IMG/VR virus record: IMGVR_UViG_3300030397_000177
Location: 1 to 37,573 of that record
Origin: a virus
Taxonomy: Duplodnaviria; Caudoviricetes
Direction: 5' to 3' (one strand)
DNA: 37,573 bases
The position numbers and the translations under genes are program-made. The notes under the pieces were generated by a model, which was given only the letters and a program-made list of their open reading frames with translations, did not search any database and was not told the origin of the DNA. Shown here in pieces: positions 27,063 to 36,537 of the stretch. The number at the start of each line of letters is the position of its first letter. The stretch's first letter is position 1.

Positions 27063-28499
27063 ATGTCTACAATATTTACACCAGAACAATTTAGGGAACG
27101 TTATGGAGACGAAGGCTTACAACGGTTCAAGAAGCAAGAGCCTATTGTGATTCCTCAACGTAACAAAAAACCAGGATTTGTTGACCGAACGAAAGAGGCT
27201 TTAGGTGAACGCCTTGAAGATATAAAATCTACTTTTGGTGAGACTGCTAGAGGAGATATTACTCCTGTAGAAACCGCAGTAAGAACCGTAGGGGACTTTG
27301 CAGGTGGTATTGGAGATATTATTGGCGAAGCTACCTCTCCTGCATTACAGCCCGTTTTAGAAAAAGTAGCCGAAACGGAGATCGGAAAAAAGGCTTTTGA
27401 AGCTATAAACCAAGGAGCGGAAAAGTACAACGAATGGAAGAAGGAGACACCAGAAAATACTCGTATTGCTGAAAGTATCGAAGGGCTAACTAATATAGCA
27501 AGTCTTTTTCCTGTTGCTAAAGGGGGACAGGTCGTAACTAAGGGAGCTACAAATACTGCAAGAACAGGCGTGCAGGGAGGTAGGAGAGCTATAGATAAGG
27601 GAGTTGACCTAACCAAGAAGTTGACTCCAGCGCCACCAACTCAGAGAGAAGCAGTTGGGCAAGTTCTACAAGGAACTACTGATGACGTTGCACAAGGAGC
27701 AAAAGCTCTGAAGTCTATTGATATTAAGAATGTAAATACATTCCAAGATCTTGACAAGCAGTTATCTTCAAAGATCACAGAGTTATCTAAAAAGGTTGAT
27801 GCGGATTTAACACAAGACACAACAAAAAGATTTTTGGACGACATTTTTGTAAATGCTCCAAGCGGAGGGACCATTCTACAAGCAAATCCAATAAAACAAG
27901 CCATAAACCAGTTAGATGAGTTGTATGAAACTATTGGAGACACGACCAAATTGATTGAAATAAGAGAGTTAAGGGAACGCGCGATAAAAGAGGGTTTGAC
28001 TGCCAAAGAGGTTAATGACTTAGCTAGAATGTACGGAAGCGAATTTGGTCGCAAAGCGTTCAATAAAATTGGAGATCCTTTAACTAGTGTGAATGCTCAG
28101 CTATATGAGAATGTACGACAGTCGGTGAAACGTCTGGCAAGGGCAGGTATTAAAGGGTCAGACGCAAAGGCAGCTGACGAGACAATGAGCGCAATATTCA
28201 ATACCCAAAGATTGGTACAAAAAAACGTAGAATCTGTTAACAAACTACGTCAAAAGATACAGCAAAGGGGGTTATTGGAAAAGTTAGGTCACGGATTGAC
28301 GAAAACTTTGGATGTTATCAGTAGAGGTACTGTTAGGGGATTGGTTGGCGGTGTATTACCCCGTGGAGTAGGTAATAAGTTAATGAATGCTCTTGATCTA
28401 GAAAAAGTTTTACAAAAAAACCTAAAGATTATTCAGGACGCACTAGAAGCAGAGTCTGATAACGCAATAATTAAGATTTTAAACAAAATAAAAAGTTAA
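27063..28499 (+). CDS. Putative internal virion/ejection protein
   Basis: Helical and G/A-rich; follows the previous gene. Confidence 0.55.
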   Translation: MSTIFTPEQFRERYGDEGLQRFKKQEPIVIPQRNKKPGFVDRTKEALGERLEDIKSTFGETARGDITPVETAVRTVGDFAGGIGDIIGEATSPALQPVLEKVAETEIGKKAFEAINQGAEKYNEWKKETPENTRIAESIEGLTNIASLFPVAKGGQVVTKGATNTARTGVQGGRRAIDKGVDLTKKLTPAPPTQREAVGQVLQGTTDDVAQGAKALKSIDIKNVNTFQDLDKQLSSKITELSKKVDADLTQDTTKRFLDDIFVNAPSGGTILQANPIKQAINQLDELYETIGDTTKLIEIRELRERAIKEGLTAKEVNDLARMYGSEFGRKAFNKIGDPLTSVNAQLYENVRQSVKRLARAGIKGSDAKAADETMSAIFNTQRLVQKNVESVNKLRQKIQQRGLLEKLGHGLTKTLDVISRGTVRGLVGGVLPRGVGNKLMNALDLEKVLQKNLKIIQDALEAESDNAIIKILNKIKS

Positions 28500-28696
28500 G
28501 AAGATTGTTCGTTGGAGTTATTTTTACGTTTTTCTTCTCTGTCTTCCAATAGCCCCACAATAAATATGTAAGAGTAAGAAAGTAAACCCAAAATAGGTAA
28601 AACCCATAAAATAGGGAATACAATAGCAAAACCCACGAAGACGACAATACCGAATATGATCGAAAATATTACTACTGAATCTGGTGTGTCACTCAT
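28496..28696 (-). CDS. Small two-TM membrane protein, antisense moron (superinfection-exclusion candidate)
   Basis: Very hydrophobic 66 aa, convergent with the ejection genes. Confidence 0.6.
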   Translation of the reverse strand: MSDTPDSVVIFSIIFGIVVFVGFAIVFPILWVLPILGLLSYSYIFIVGLLEDREEKRKNNSNEQSS

Positions 28697-28766
28697 AAAC
28701 TCGAAGTAAGTTATACCCCTACCTTATACCTATATATAGAATAAATCAATTCACAAGTTTTCCACT

Positions 28767-29585
28767 ATGCCTAACCTTAGCGAAAAAAATCTAGAAAAAT
28801 TGAGAGGCTTGCTTGAAGTTGCCAATGACGGCCTTAGTAAAGAGGAGTTTTTAGAGGCGTTTAAAAAACTTACCGACCATATATTTAAAGTAGAAACAAA
28901 GTTAATAGAAAAGATAGAAGCTAAAACACAAAATGAACGACAGAACCTAGAAGCATTACGAAATCAATTTAACGAAGTTATAAATCAGGCAAAAAGAGAT
29001 AGTGATATTACGCTGTCAGGTTTTAGGACTAGAACTGTTGAAGCTATTAATAAGCTTTTTGCTAGAAACGAAGTCAATAAAAAACTTAACGAACGTTTAA
29101 GGAAAGCCGATGATAAATTTAAAGAAATAGATCAAAAACTTCTAGAAGTAAAAGACGGCAGAACGGGTAGAGACGGAGTTGACGGAAAGGATGGAAAAGA
29201 TGCCGACGAAGAAAAAATCATTGAATCCGTTTTGAGTAAACTAGAAGACGTTGAGTTTGGAATAGATGATATTAAGGGTTTGAAAAAAGAGTTAGAAGAC
29301 TTGAGGAATATCAGAACACGAGTTAGGGGCGGTGGTACTTCTGCAATTGGTATTGCTAACGCTGCTAAGTACTTTGTTAAAACCGAAGCACCTAGTGGTG
29401 ATATAGATGGTGTAAATACTGAGTACGCAGTTACACAGCCTATATTTGCAGTTTTATCATTCAGCCTTAACGGTGAGTTTATAGCACAGATACCGAACTA
29501 CACAGTTAGCGGAAAAACAATAACTTTCAGTACGGCATTACCTAGCGCCTATAGTGGAAAAGATTTTGAAGTTACTTATATCTAA
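28767..29585 (+). CDS. Coiled-coil/collagen-like tail-associated protein
   Basis: GRTGRDGVDGKDGKD; PSGDIDGVNTEY...TITFSTA domain. Confidence 0.6.
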   Translation: MPNLSEKNLEKLRGLLEVANDGLSKEEFLEAFKKLTDHIFKVETKLIEKIEAKTQNERQNLEALRNQFNEVINQAKRDSDITLSGFRTRTVEAINKLFARNEVNKKLNERLRKADDKFKEIDQKLLEVKDGRTGRDGVDGKDGKDADEEKIIESVLSKLEDVEFGIDDIKGLKKELEDLRNIRTRVRGGGTSAIGIANAAKYFVKTEAPSGDIDGVNTEYAVTQPIFAVLSFSLNGEFIAQIPNYTVSGKTITFSTALPSAYSGKDFEVTYI

Positions 29586-29586
29586 T

Positions 29587-31242
29587 ATGAATAATAAAGG
29601 ATCAATTGTTTTACCATCTTTAGTAATAGCCGGAGTATTAGGAGTTGTTCTAGGTATTTATGGAGGGTATTTAAACCATTATCGGGCTTCTCAGTCAATA
29701 GAAGAGCCAAAACTTGGTGCTTTTGGCGATCCTTTTATTTCAACACAACTAGCCGACAGCCCACAACCTGGGTATATATTGTCAACAGACGGGACAGATA
29801 ACTCATGGATAGCAAATACCAGCGGAGGCTCTGCTTGGGAACTTTTCCAAACAAACTTCTTAACTCCTACTAATACCAGTTTGGGTATTTACGTCAATAG
29901 TACTTCTACTTTTACTGAAGCATTACAACTAGGCCCAGATTCAAGGGACAACATGTTAGCTATCACTCCTCAGAGAACCTATCAAAGCACATTAGCGGCA
30001 AATGGAGCAATCAACTGTGATAATACTTTGAACGATAGGGCATGTCTCAATATATATTCTAATCACGGCGCTGGACAACTAGAAGGACTATTGGAGATTA
30101 ACATAGTAAATAGCTCTTACGATCAAAGTATTTTTGAAATTATTTCTTCAGCCGACATATCAGACGGAGAGATAAAAATCTCCTCTCCGAGACCAAAAAT
30201 CGAACTAATAGAAAGTGACCAGTCGGGTAACGACGGTAAGTTTAAGTTAAGAGTACAAGGGGACCAATTTGACTTAAGCTCTAGAAATGCTTCAGACTCT
30301 TCTTTTGAAGAGGTCTTGAGGGTCGCACAGTTGGAGGACTTGGGTGGACTAACACTACTTGGTTACGATGGATTGAAACTTGATACAGGTAGTGCCAGTT
30401 CCACGAGAATACAAATGGCCTATAACGGTGTGGCTGATCGTATTGAGCTACAGTCTCAATATGTAGGAAATAACGACGGCGACTTTGCGATCATAGATAT
30501 AGATTCAGGAGGGACAAATAATACGTTGTTCTTTATAGACACTTCTGAAACAAACTTCGGTTTTAATACCAGTACTCCAAACGTACAATTACAGGCTAGT
30601 CTAAGTACCGGGGCGGAACTAATTCTATCTCGTGACGACAGCAGTATTGTTGCGGATAACCTGCTCGGTGGGATCGGTTTTGATGGAACTGACGGACCAG
30701 TGCCAACGAACATACTCCATGCTGGAGCTGGTATTTACTGCTATGCCGCAGAAAGTCATGGGGCTAGTGATAAAGGAACATACTGTACGTGGAACACCCA
30801 CGCTATTAACGATAACGCTAATACAGCCAACATAGAACGTCTAAGAGTAACTTCTGAGGGCTTGGTAGGTATTGGTGGTATTCCTATCAACTCAACCTTA
30901 GAAGTATTTGGTAATGCTTCTACAACAAGTTTTAAAACTAATAATCTATTCGGTTCAGCAACTACAACAGCAAACCCGTCATTTACAGCAAGTGATAGAA
31001 GTACCATAAGAGTTGACGCAAGTAACGAGGATATAACAGTTAACTTACCTACGTGCAACACGGCTAACGAGGGGTTGGAGTATAAGATTGCAAAGATAGA
31101 TACATCTTTTAACGACGTAATAGTAGATCCTAATGGGTCAGAAACTATTTCTTTAGATACAACATTTATTTTAACAGGACAGTTCCAGTCGGGGATTATT
31201 ATTAGCTGTGATAGTGCTAACTCCAACTGGGTAGTTTTCTAA
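29587..31242 (+). CDS. Tail-fibre-like protein with an N-terminal TM anchor
   Basis: ATG at 29587; GYILSTDGT...SW, ERLRVTSEGLVGIG and ITVNLP fibre motifs. Confidence 0.65.
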   Translation: MNNKGSIVLPSLVIAGVLGVVLGIYGGYLNHYRASQSIEEPKLGAFGDPFISTQLADSPQPGYILSTDGTDNSWIANTSGGSAWELFQTNFLTPTNTSLGIYVNSTSTFTEALQLGPDSRDNMLAITPQRTYQSTLAANGAINCDNTLNDRACLNIYSNHGAGQLEGLLEINIVNSSYDQSIFEIISSADISDGEIKISSPRPKIELIESDQSGNDGKFKLRVQGDQFDLSSRNASDSSFEEVLRVAQLEDLGGLTLLGYDGLKLDTGSASSTRIQMAYNGVADRIELQSQYVGNNDGDFAIIDIDSGGTNNTLFFIDTSETNFGFNTSTPNVQLQASLSTGAELILSRDDSSIVADNLLGGIGFDGTDGPVPTNILHAGAGIYCYAAESHGASDKGTYCTWNTHAINDNANTANIERLRVTSEGLVGIGGIPINSTLEVFGNASTTSFKTNNLFGSATTTANPSFTASDRSTIRVDASNEDITVNLPTCNTANEGLEYKIAKIDTSFNDVIVDPNGSETISLDTTFILTGQFQSGIIISCDSANSNWVVF

Positions 31243-31246
31243 GTAT

Positions 31247-33121
31247 ATGAAATTCAAAGGTACAACAATAACAAATATAATCGCATCACTTATATTAGTA
31301 GTGGTGGGATTTATGGCGTATCAGACTAATTCTGTTACGCAAAAGGTTTTACAGTTTAATATAGATGATCCAACGTTACTAGAGCTAAGTGACAGAAACT
31401 TTGGGGCTTACTTAGCTAACCAAAGTTCGTTTGACTTAGCCAGTGGTCAGTGGCAACATTGTAGTCATTTTGGCGCATGTAAGACAGCGTCTACGATTCC
31501 TATTATTGAGGGAAATTTTCCGGGTACAACGCTCGACGCTGTTCAGTGGGTAGAAACCTCTTTAAATAGCGCATCGTTAACTGTATCTGACGGACAAGCT
31601 CGTATTCAGTCGGGAACTAACTCTTCTGGTTCCGTAGAGCTTAAATCCCGTCTTAAAGGTATTTTTCAGGCTGGGCAGGTAACAGTATTCCAATCAGGTG
31701 TTAGGGCTGGGGCAGGTCTTGCGAATAATACCCGTATCTGGGGTATGCGTACTTCGGACGAGCAGGATGGACTGTATTTTAAACTTGATGGTACAACATT
31801 CCAGGTGTGTAACTTAAAAGCCGGATCTGAAAGCTGTACGAATAGCGCTTCATTCAGTGGTGATACCAGTTTTTCTCCAGGTGATACAAATAACACGTAT
31901 CGTATTGAGTACTCAGCTGGTAGAGCGATATTCTACTCAGCCAGTGGAGGTAAAAAGAACTTTCTACACGCTTTAGTTGATAGCCAAGAACCACTAGTAA
32001 ATGACTTAGACTTAGGGCTTTACTACGAAAACACTAATAGTGGAAATACTACAGACGTTTCAATGTATGTCCGTGGGTCATCTATCTCAGTATGGGGAAG
32101 TATTCAGAAATATAACCGTGGAAATGCTTTAGTAACAACAGACTTTAGTAACGAAGTAGCACTCAATACAGTATCTGGTTATCAAGTTACTACAAAGTTT
32201 GGTCGTAATCCAGATGTTGACACAGGGACTGACCCAGAAGATATGTGGAACGGAGGCTCTACTTATACAGGTTTTAACGCCACTGCTGCTCAGAACTTTG
32301 AGATATTTAGTGCAGACGTTGACGACCAAGGACAAGTAGTAACGAGCGGAACAGCTACTGGAGGAAGTGAAACTACCATTATTGACTCTACAGCAACGTT
32401 TGTAACTGACGGTGTGGCGGTTGGAGATATGGTTGTTAATGATACCAAGATAGCACATGGATCTATAACCTCTGTTGATTCTGAGACTCAACTTACTGTA
32501 TTTGATATGAATGACGGTCAAAATAGGGAGGTGACTAACGTTTCGGGTGACGCTTACCGAATTGTTAACGCGAATGATACGGGAGCAGCGTTAGTTCGAG
32601 TAGAACAGCTGTTAGACGGCAACTTAAACTCACTAGACGATAGATATGTTGTACTAAACGGTACAACAGGTGTATTGATTGACGACGATATAATGAGAGC
32701 TTCAAGAGCTAAAGTTATATTAGCTGGTTCTTCTGGACTTAATGAAGGAGTCCTTACTGGAAGACAGGCATCTACAACGGCAAACGTATTTATGCAAGTG
32801 CCAACGGTGGGCAGAACTACGATTGGTGCATTTACGATACCAGCAGAAAAGATTGGGCTTATTAAGCGTGTCAGGGCCTCAATTACTAGAGCTAATGGTA
32901 GTGCAGGATCAGCCACTATTAACTTAAATGCCCGTGGTTTTGGTGAAGCTTGGAATGCTATCAGATCTTTTGAAGTACAAACAGGCGCAGCAACAGAGTT
33001 TACCCAAATTGGTGGTGACATACTTAGACCTGGGACTGATGTAAAGTTTACCATTCAACAAGTTTCAGATAACAGCACCATTTCTGATGGGGCATTAGAA
33101 TATTACTTAATGGATTTATAA
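31247..33121 (+). CDS. Virion/tail-associated protein with an N-terminal TM anchor
   Basis: TM at residues ~10-24; KFGRNPDVDT and GTATGGSETTIIDS phage-structural motifs. Confidence 0.6.
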   Translation: MKFKGTTITNIIASLILVVVGFMAYQTNSVTQKVLQFNIDDPTLLELSDRNFGAYLANQSSFDLASGQWQHCSHFGACKTASTIPIIEGNFPGTTLDAVQWVETSLNSASLTVSDGQARIQSGTNSSGSVELKSRLKGIFQAGQVTVFQSGVRAGAGLANNTRIWGMRTSDEQDGLYFKLDGTTFQVCNLKAGSESCTNSASFSGDTSFSPGDTNNTYRIEYSAGRAIFYSASGGKKNFLHALVDSQEPLVNDLDLGLYYENTNSGNTTDVSMYVRGSSISVWGSIQKYNRGNALVTTDFSNEVALNTVSGYQVTTKFGRNPDVDTGTDPEDMWNGGSTYTGFNATAAQNFEIFSADVDDQGQVVTSGTATGGSETTIIDSTATFVTDGVAVGDMVVNDTKIAHGSITSVDSETQLTVFDMNDGQNREVTNVSGDAYRIVNANDTGAALVRVEQLLDGNLNSLDDRYVVLNGTTGVLIDDDIMRASRAKVILAGSSGLNEGVLTGRQASTTANVFMQVPTVGRTTIGAFTIPAEKIGLIKRVRASITRANGSAGSATINLNARGFGEAWNAIRSFEVQTGAATEFTQIGGDILRPGTDVKFTIQQVSDNSTISDGALEYYLMDL

Positions 33122-33126
33122 AACAT

Positions 33127-33354
33127 ATGTCTATAACAATACAAGCACTATTATCGGTTTCACATGAAGACCCAATAACAAGCCATACTCCAGTTTGGCG
33201 ACCCATACCTACACGTTTGGTTCCAGATTTACCTGACCAGGCAGATGATGGGGATTACGGGTACGTTCTAGTTATGTGTATGGCTAATGGGAGCAATAAC
33301 AGGCCGTGTGGGACCTTAGCAGTTATACAAGTTTCAAAAGTAAACCAAACATAG
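33127..33354 (+). CDS. Hypothetical protein
   Basis: Fills the gap in the operon. Confidence 0.4.
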   Translation: MSITIQALLSVSHEDPITSHTPVWRPIPTRLVPDLPDQADDGDYGYVLVMCMANGSNNRPCGTLAVIQVSKVNQT

Positions 33355-33361
33355 TAGTTAC

Positions 33362-33739
33362 ATGAATAATAATCTAAAAATTCTAGTAGTAGAAGACGAA
33401 ATACCCTTAAATGTAGCTGCAAGACTAAAGTTAGAAAGAAATGGTTTTGAAGTTGACTCGGTTAGAACTCTACCTGAGGCGTTAGAAGCTGTTGTCGGGG
33501 AAGGGATACATGGTATTTGGTTGGATCACTATTTAATCTCAGGAACGGGCTTAGATTTGATTGACTTTATGAAACAGAATAGCATAGAAATTCCTATATT
33601 TGTGGTTTCAAACACTGACGTTGATTCAAAGAGACGACAGTATATTGATGCCGGTGTTGTTAGTTATTTTATTAAATCGGAAGAAGCACTACAGGATATT
33701 ATAGAAGATATTAAAAGTTATTTCTTTAAAAACAAGTAG
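33362..33739 (+). CDS. Single-domain response regulator (CheY-like receiver)
   Basis: KILVVEDE, WLDHYL (phospho-Asp), GTGLDL, IPIFVVSN and YFIK. Confidence 0.9.
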   Translation: MNNNLKILVVEDEIPLNVAARLKLERNGFEVDSVRTLPEALEAVVGEGIHGIWLDHYLISGTGLDLIDFMKQNSIEIPIFVVSNTDVDSKRRQYIDAGVVSYFIKSEEALQDIIEDIKSYFFKNK

Positions 33740-33740
33740 T

Positions 33741-34046
33741 ATGGATTCACTAGAACAATTTTTAAACTTAGGAATATCAGGAGCTATATTGGCAGTTTTT
33801 GCTTATCAACTAAACTCTTGGTCTAAAGAGCGAAAAGATTACCAAAAAAGGATTGACGAGTCAGGAGATAAGTTTAGTAAAATAGTTGAGGTTCACTTAA
33901 AAAACTCGGTAGAAGAACACAGAAAAACGATGGCGTTGGTAGACAAAATGGATAGTCAAATGGATAGACTTATTGACGGGTATGTAAACTTCTCAGGAGT
34001 TATGCAGAGTGTAGTATCTGAGTTATCAAATATAAAAAAGAAATAA
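33741..34046 (+). CDS. Holin-like membrane protein (one TM plus coiled coil)
   Basis: LGISGAILAVFAY, directly before the endolysin. Confidence 0.55.
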   Translation: MDSLEQFLNLGISGAILAVFAYQLNSWSKERKDYQKRIDESGDKFSKIVEVHLKNSVEEHRKTMALVDKMDSQMDRLIDGYVNFSGVMQSVVSELSNIKKK

Positions 34047-34049
34047 ACT

Positions 34050-34757
34050 ATGAATATTAAATACGAACAATCTCTTTTTCACAGCTCAAGGAACGGGTAT
34101 AAACCCGAGGGTATTGTATTACATATAATGCAAGGGACCCTTGAAGGCACTGTCTCTTGGTTTAAAAATAAAAACAACCCACATCAAACTTCAGCTCACT
34201 ACTTAGTAGGTAGAGACGGTAGAGTAGTTCAAATGGTGAATGAGTCAAGAGCTGCTCATCATACTGGTGTTGTAGATAGACCGTCTCAAGAAGCTAAAAG
34301 GTTTTTAAAACGAAACTGGTGGGGAAGTTATATTAATCCTAACTTTTATACAATAGGCATTGAATGTGAAGGTAAGTCAGGAACCTCAACTGATATTTGG
34401 ACTGAACCCATGATGGAGTCAATTGTTCAGTTGACTAGTGATATATCAACGCGACACGGCATTCTTCTTGATAAGGTCCACTTTATGGACCACCAGTCAG
34501 TCACTTCGTATAAACCCGACTTAAACAACTGGATAGAAGAGGCATTAAAGAGACTGGGTGGGACATATGAAAAAATGACATATACATTCGAGGGAAGTCC
34601 GATAGTTTACTTGCTATCAGGAAAGACATTAATTCCTTTTGCGACTAGCTGGGAAACATATTTGAAAGATTTTAACGACGCTAAGTTGATCAGACTTCCG
34701 GCTAAAATGTTTAACAAATTTAAGGTTGCTAAAGCAGTAAGTATTAAAAATATATGA
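34050..34757 (+). CDS. Endolysin, N-acetylmuramoyl-L-alanine amidase (Amidase_2-like)
   Basis: IVLHIMQG, SAHYLV, AAHHTG, IGIECEG and DHQ motifs. Confidence 0.9.
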   Translation: MNIKYEQSLFHSSRNGYKPEGIVLHIMQGTLEGTVSWFKNKNNPHQTSAHYLVGRDGRVVQMVNESRAAHHTGVVDRPSQEAKRFLKRNWWGSYINPNFYTIGIECEGKSGTSTDIWTEPMMESIVQLTSDISTRHGILLDKVHFMDHQSVTSYKPDLNNWIEEALKRLGGTYEKMTYTFEGSPIVYLLSGKTLIPFATSWETYLKDFNDAKLIRLPAKMFNKFKVAKAVSIKNI

Positions 34758-35641
34758 GTGAACACATAAAAAATCATGGGATTGATCTGGAACGTGAGGA
34801 GCAAGAAATAAGTCAAGAAGACTGGGTGTTTGGTTCCCAAAAACTAAGTGGGATCGCTGAAAACATATCGTTTATAGATCGTTGTAAGTACTTACCAAAA
34901 GGAGAGGTGCAAAGGGGCAAGGAAGATATGATGGACTGTGCTTCAAGAGGACCAATAAACATCTTGGAGTTTAAGCTCAACTACTTATATCAAAACAACT
35001 TACTACATATTAAAAACAGACTATGGCTTGAACAGAAAGGTTACGTGACTGAAGAAGGCCTCATTGAGTTATCTGACGCATTTATTGCAATATTATCTAA
35101 CACTACTAGACACGGTAACTCCCTAAAAGGACCAGTACATGCAACGCATGAATACGGGGTTATACCTAAGCAACTATTACCTCTAGATAAGGGGATGACG
35201 TGGAGTGAATATCATAGAAAGAGTCGTATAACTAAGGACATGTTAAAGCTTGGTGAGGAGTTCTTGTCTCGTTTCTCTATTAACTACGAAAGGGTTTTAG
35301 AGAAAGACTTTAATAAGGTGGTTGATAAAGATTTAATTGATGTAGCTGGTTACGCATGGCCTCAACCAAACGGGGACGTTTATCCAAGGGTTGAATATAG
35401 ACACAACCATGTATTTGTCTATTTTGAAAAACCTATCTATAAAATTTTCGATAACTATAGAGACTCATTTGATGGAGACTTTATTAAGCGATTAGCAACT
35501 AATTACAGTCTATATAAACACGGATATAGAATAATTATCAACGAAAAGGAATCGAAAGATTTTAATGGAAGTAAAAAAACAAAAAAGCACCAAAGTATCT
35601 GGTCGAAACTTTGGCAAAATTTAAAAAGTTTATTTAACTAA
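34754..35641 (+). CDS. Papain-like (C1-type) cysteine peptidase
   Basis: Q...MDCAS (oxyanion Q and Cys), LSDAFIA, GNSL, NHVF (His), FDNY; amphipathic C-terminal helix. Confidence 0.65.
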   Translation: MSEHIKNHGIDLEREEQEISQEDWVFGSQKLSGIAENISFIDRCKYLPKGEVQRGKEDMMDCASRGPINILEFKLNYLYQNNLLHIKNRLWLEQKGYVTEEGLIELSDAFIAILSNTTRHGNSLKGPVHATHEYGVIPKQLLPLDKGMTWSEYHRKSRITKDMLKLGEEFLSRFSINYERVLEKDFNKVVDKDLIDVAGYAWPQPNGDVYPRVEYRHNHVFVYFEKPIYKIFDNYRDSFDGDFIKRLATNYSLYKHGYRIIINEKESKDFNGSKKTKKHQSIWSKLWQNLKSLFN

Positions 35642-35644
35642 AGT

Positions 35645-35887
35645 ATGGAAAATTCACCTATCGGTAAACTTAACTCGAAAGACTTTTTAAAGTCTTTGGT
35701 TGTGGTTGTAATTGTAGCTGTGTTGTCTTTCTTACAAGACTTGTTAGCTACTCAAGGTTTAGATATTAACTTGGTTGACCTCAAGCAAGTGTTTTCTGTG
35801 GCTTTGACTGCTGGTATCGGTTACTTGATTAAGAACCTTGCCACTAACTCAAACGACGAATTTGGTAAGTCTGAGCCGTCTAACTAA
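35645..35887 (+). CDS. Holin (two TM)
   Basis: DFLKSLVVVVIVAVL...ALTAGIGYLIKNL. Confidence 0.7.
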   Translation: MENSPIGKLNSKDFLKSLVVVVIVAVLSFLQDLLATQGLDINLVDLKQVFSVALTAGIGYLIKNLATNSNDEFGKSEPSN

Positions 35888-35902
35888 CTAGTGACACGCT
35901 AG

Positions 35903-35927
35903 AACCCCCTTTAATTAGGGGGTTTTT
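35903..35927 (+). terminator. Terminator ending the late operon
   Basis: AACCCCCT-ttaatt-AGGGGGTT followed by TTT, between convergent genes. Confidence 0.75.
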
Positions 35928-36018
35928 ACATAAAATAAGGGTAAATACCTTTCATAAAAAATATATATCCCATAATAACTATTATAACGGCTAATATAAT
36001 ACGATCCTTAGTCTCCAT
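35926..36018 (-). CDS. 30-aa hydrophobic peptide (not in the ORF track)
   Basis: METKDRIILAVIIVIMGYIFFMKGIYPYFM, starting 2 nt after the upstream stop. Confidence 0.55.
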   Translation of the reverse strand: METKDRIILAVIIVIMGYIFFMKGIYPYFM

Positions 36019-36020
36019 GT

Positions 36021-36203
36021 TTACTTAATTAGTTGATTAATATCACCTGTTTCTCTATCAAAAACAAATAACTTGACTTCTCTACGACTCTCGACTATTT
36101 CTTTGTAGTGTTCTTTAGCCTCGTCTTCGTCTGAGTCGTGAAAAGAGTCTAGGACCCAGAAGTTGCTCTCTGAGTCTTTGTGGGTGTATATATACTGCTT
36201 CAT
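36021..36203 (-). CDS. Small acidic hypothetical protein, 60 aa
   Basis: ATG at 36203 overlaps the upstream stop (ATGA). Confidence 0.65.
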   Translation of the reverse strand: MKQYIYTHKDSESNFWVLDSFHDSDEDEAKEHYKEIVESRREVKLFVFDRETGDINQLIK

Positions 36204-36289
36204 ACTATCATTAGAATTAACCACAAGAATATCATGGTTGCAAAAACAAAAGCAGTAATAAAGGCTGTTTTGTTGTTTCCTTTATCCAT
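36200..36289 (-). CDS. 29-aa hydrophobic peptide (not in the ORF track)
   Basis: MDKGNNKTAFITAFVFATMIFLWLILMIV with ATGA coupling. Confidence 0.6.
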   Translation of the reverse strand: MDKGNNKTAFITAFVFATMIFLWLILMIV

Positions 36290-36290
36290 A

Positions 36291-36408
36291 TGTCTCTATC
36301 TTTTTAACAAAAACCAGGGCCATCACAGCGACTGGAAAAGATAGAGACTCAGAACCAGCCAAGGATAAACCCTGGATTAGTGTCTCTATCTTTTGTGTCT
36401 TGATTATA
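36291..36408 (-). promoter_or_regulatory. TATAAT box plus a leader with alternative pairings
   Basis: TATAAT at 36408-36403; direct repeats at 36291-36304 and 36381-36394 with an inverted copy at 36336-36348. Confidence 0.6.
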
Positions 36409-36455
36409 GCTAACATTTCTTCCAATTAAAAGCCTACAGTTCCTGCGTGTTTCTA

Positions 36456-36464
36456 TGTTATAAT
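36456..36464 (+). promoter_or_regulatory. Extended -10 promoter for the CsoR-like gene
   Basis: TGTTATAAT, divergent from the leftward promoter. Confidence 0.5.
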
Positions 36465-36537
36465 ATCAACATGAAATAAATATAAATAAATATCAAAGTA
36501 TTTTATAAGGATTTTATACAATCAAGTAATCAATTTT

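Noticed and set aside
14242-33054. Numerous minus-strand ORFs inside structural genes (e.g. 14743..15213, 27155..27616, 30756..31226, 32554..33054)
   Set aside because: They are antisense shadows of long + strand genes with no recognisable motifs.
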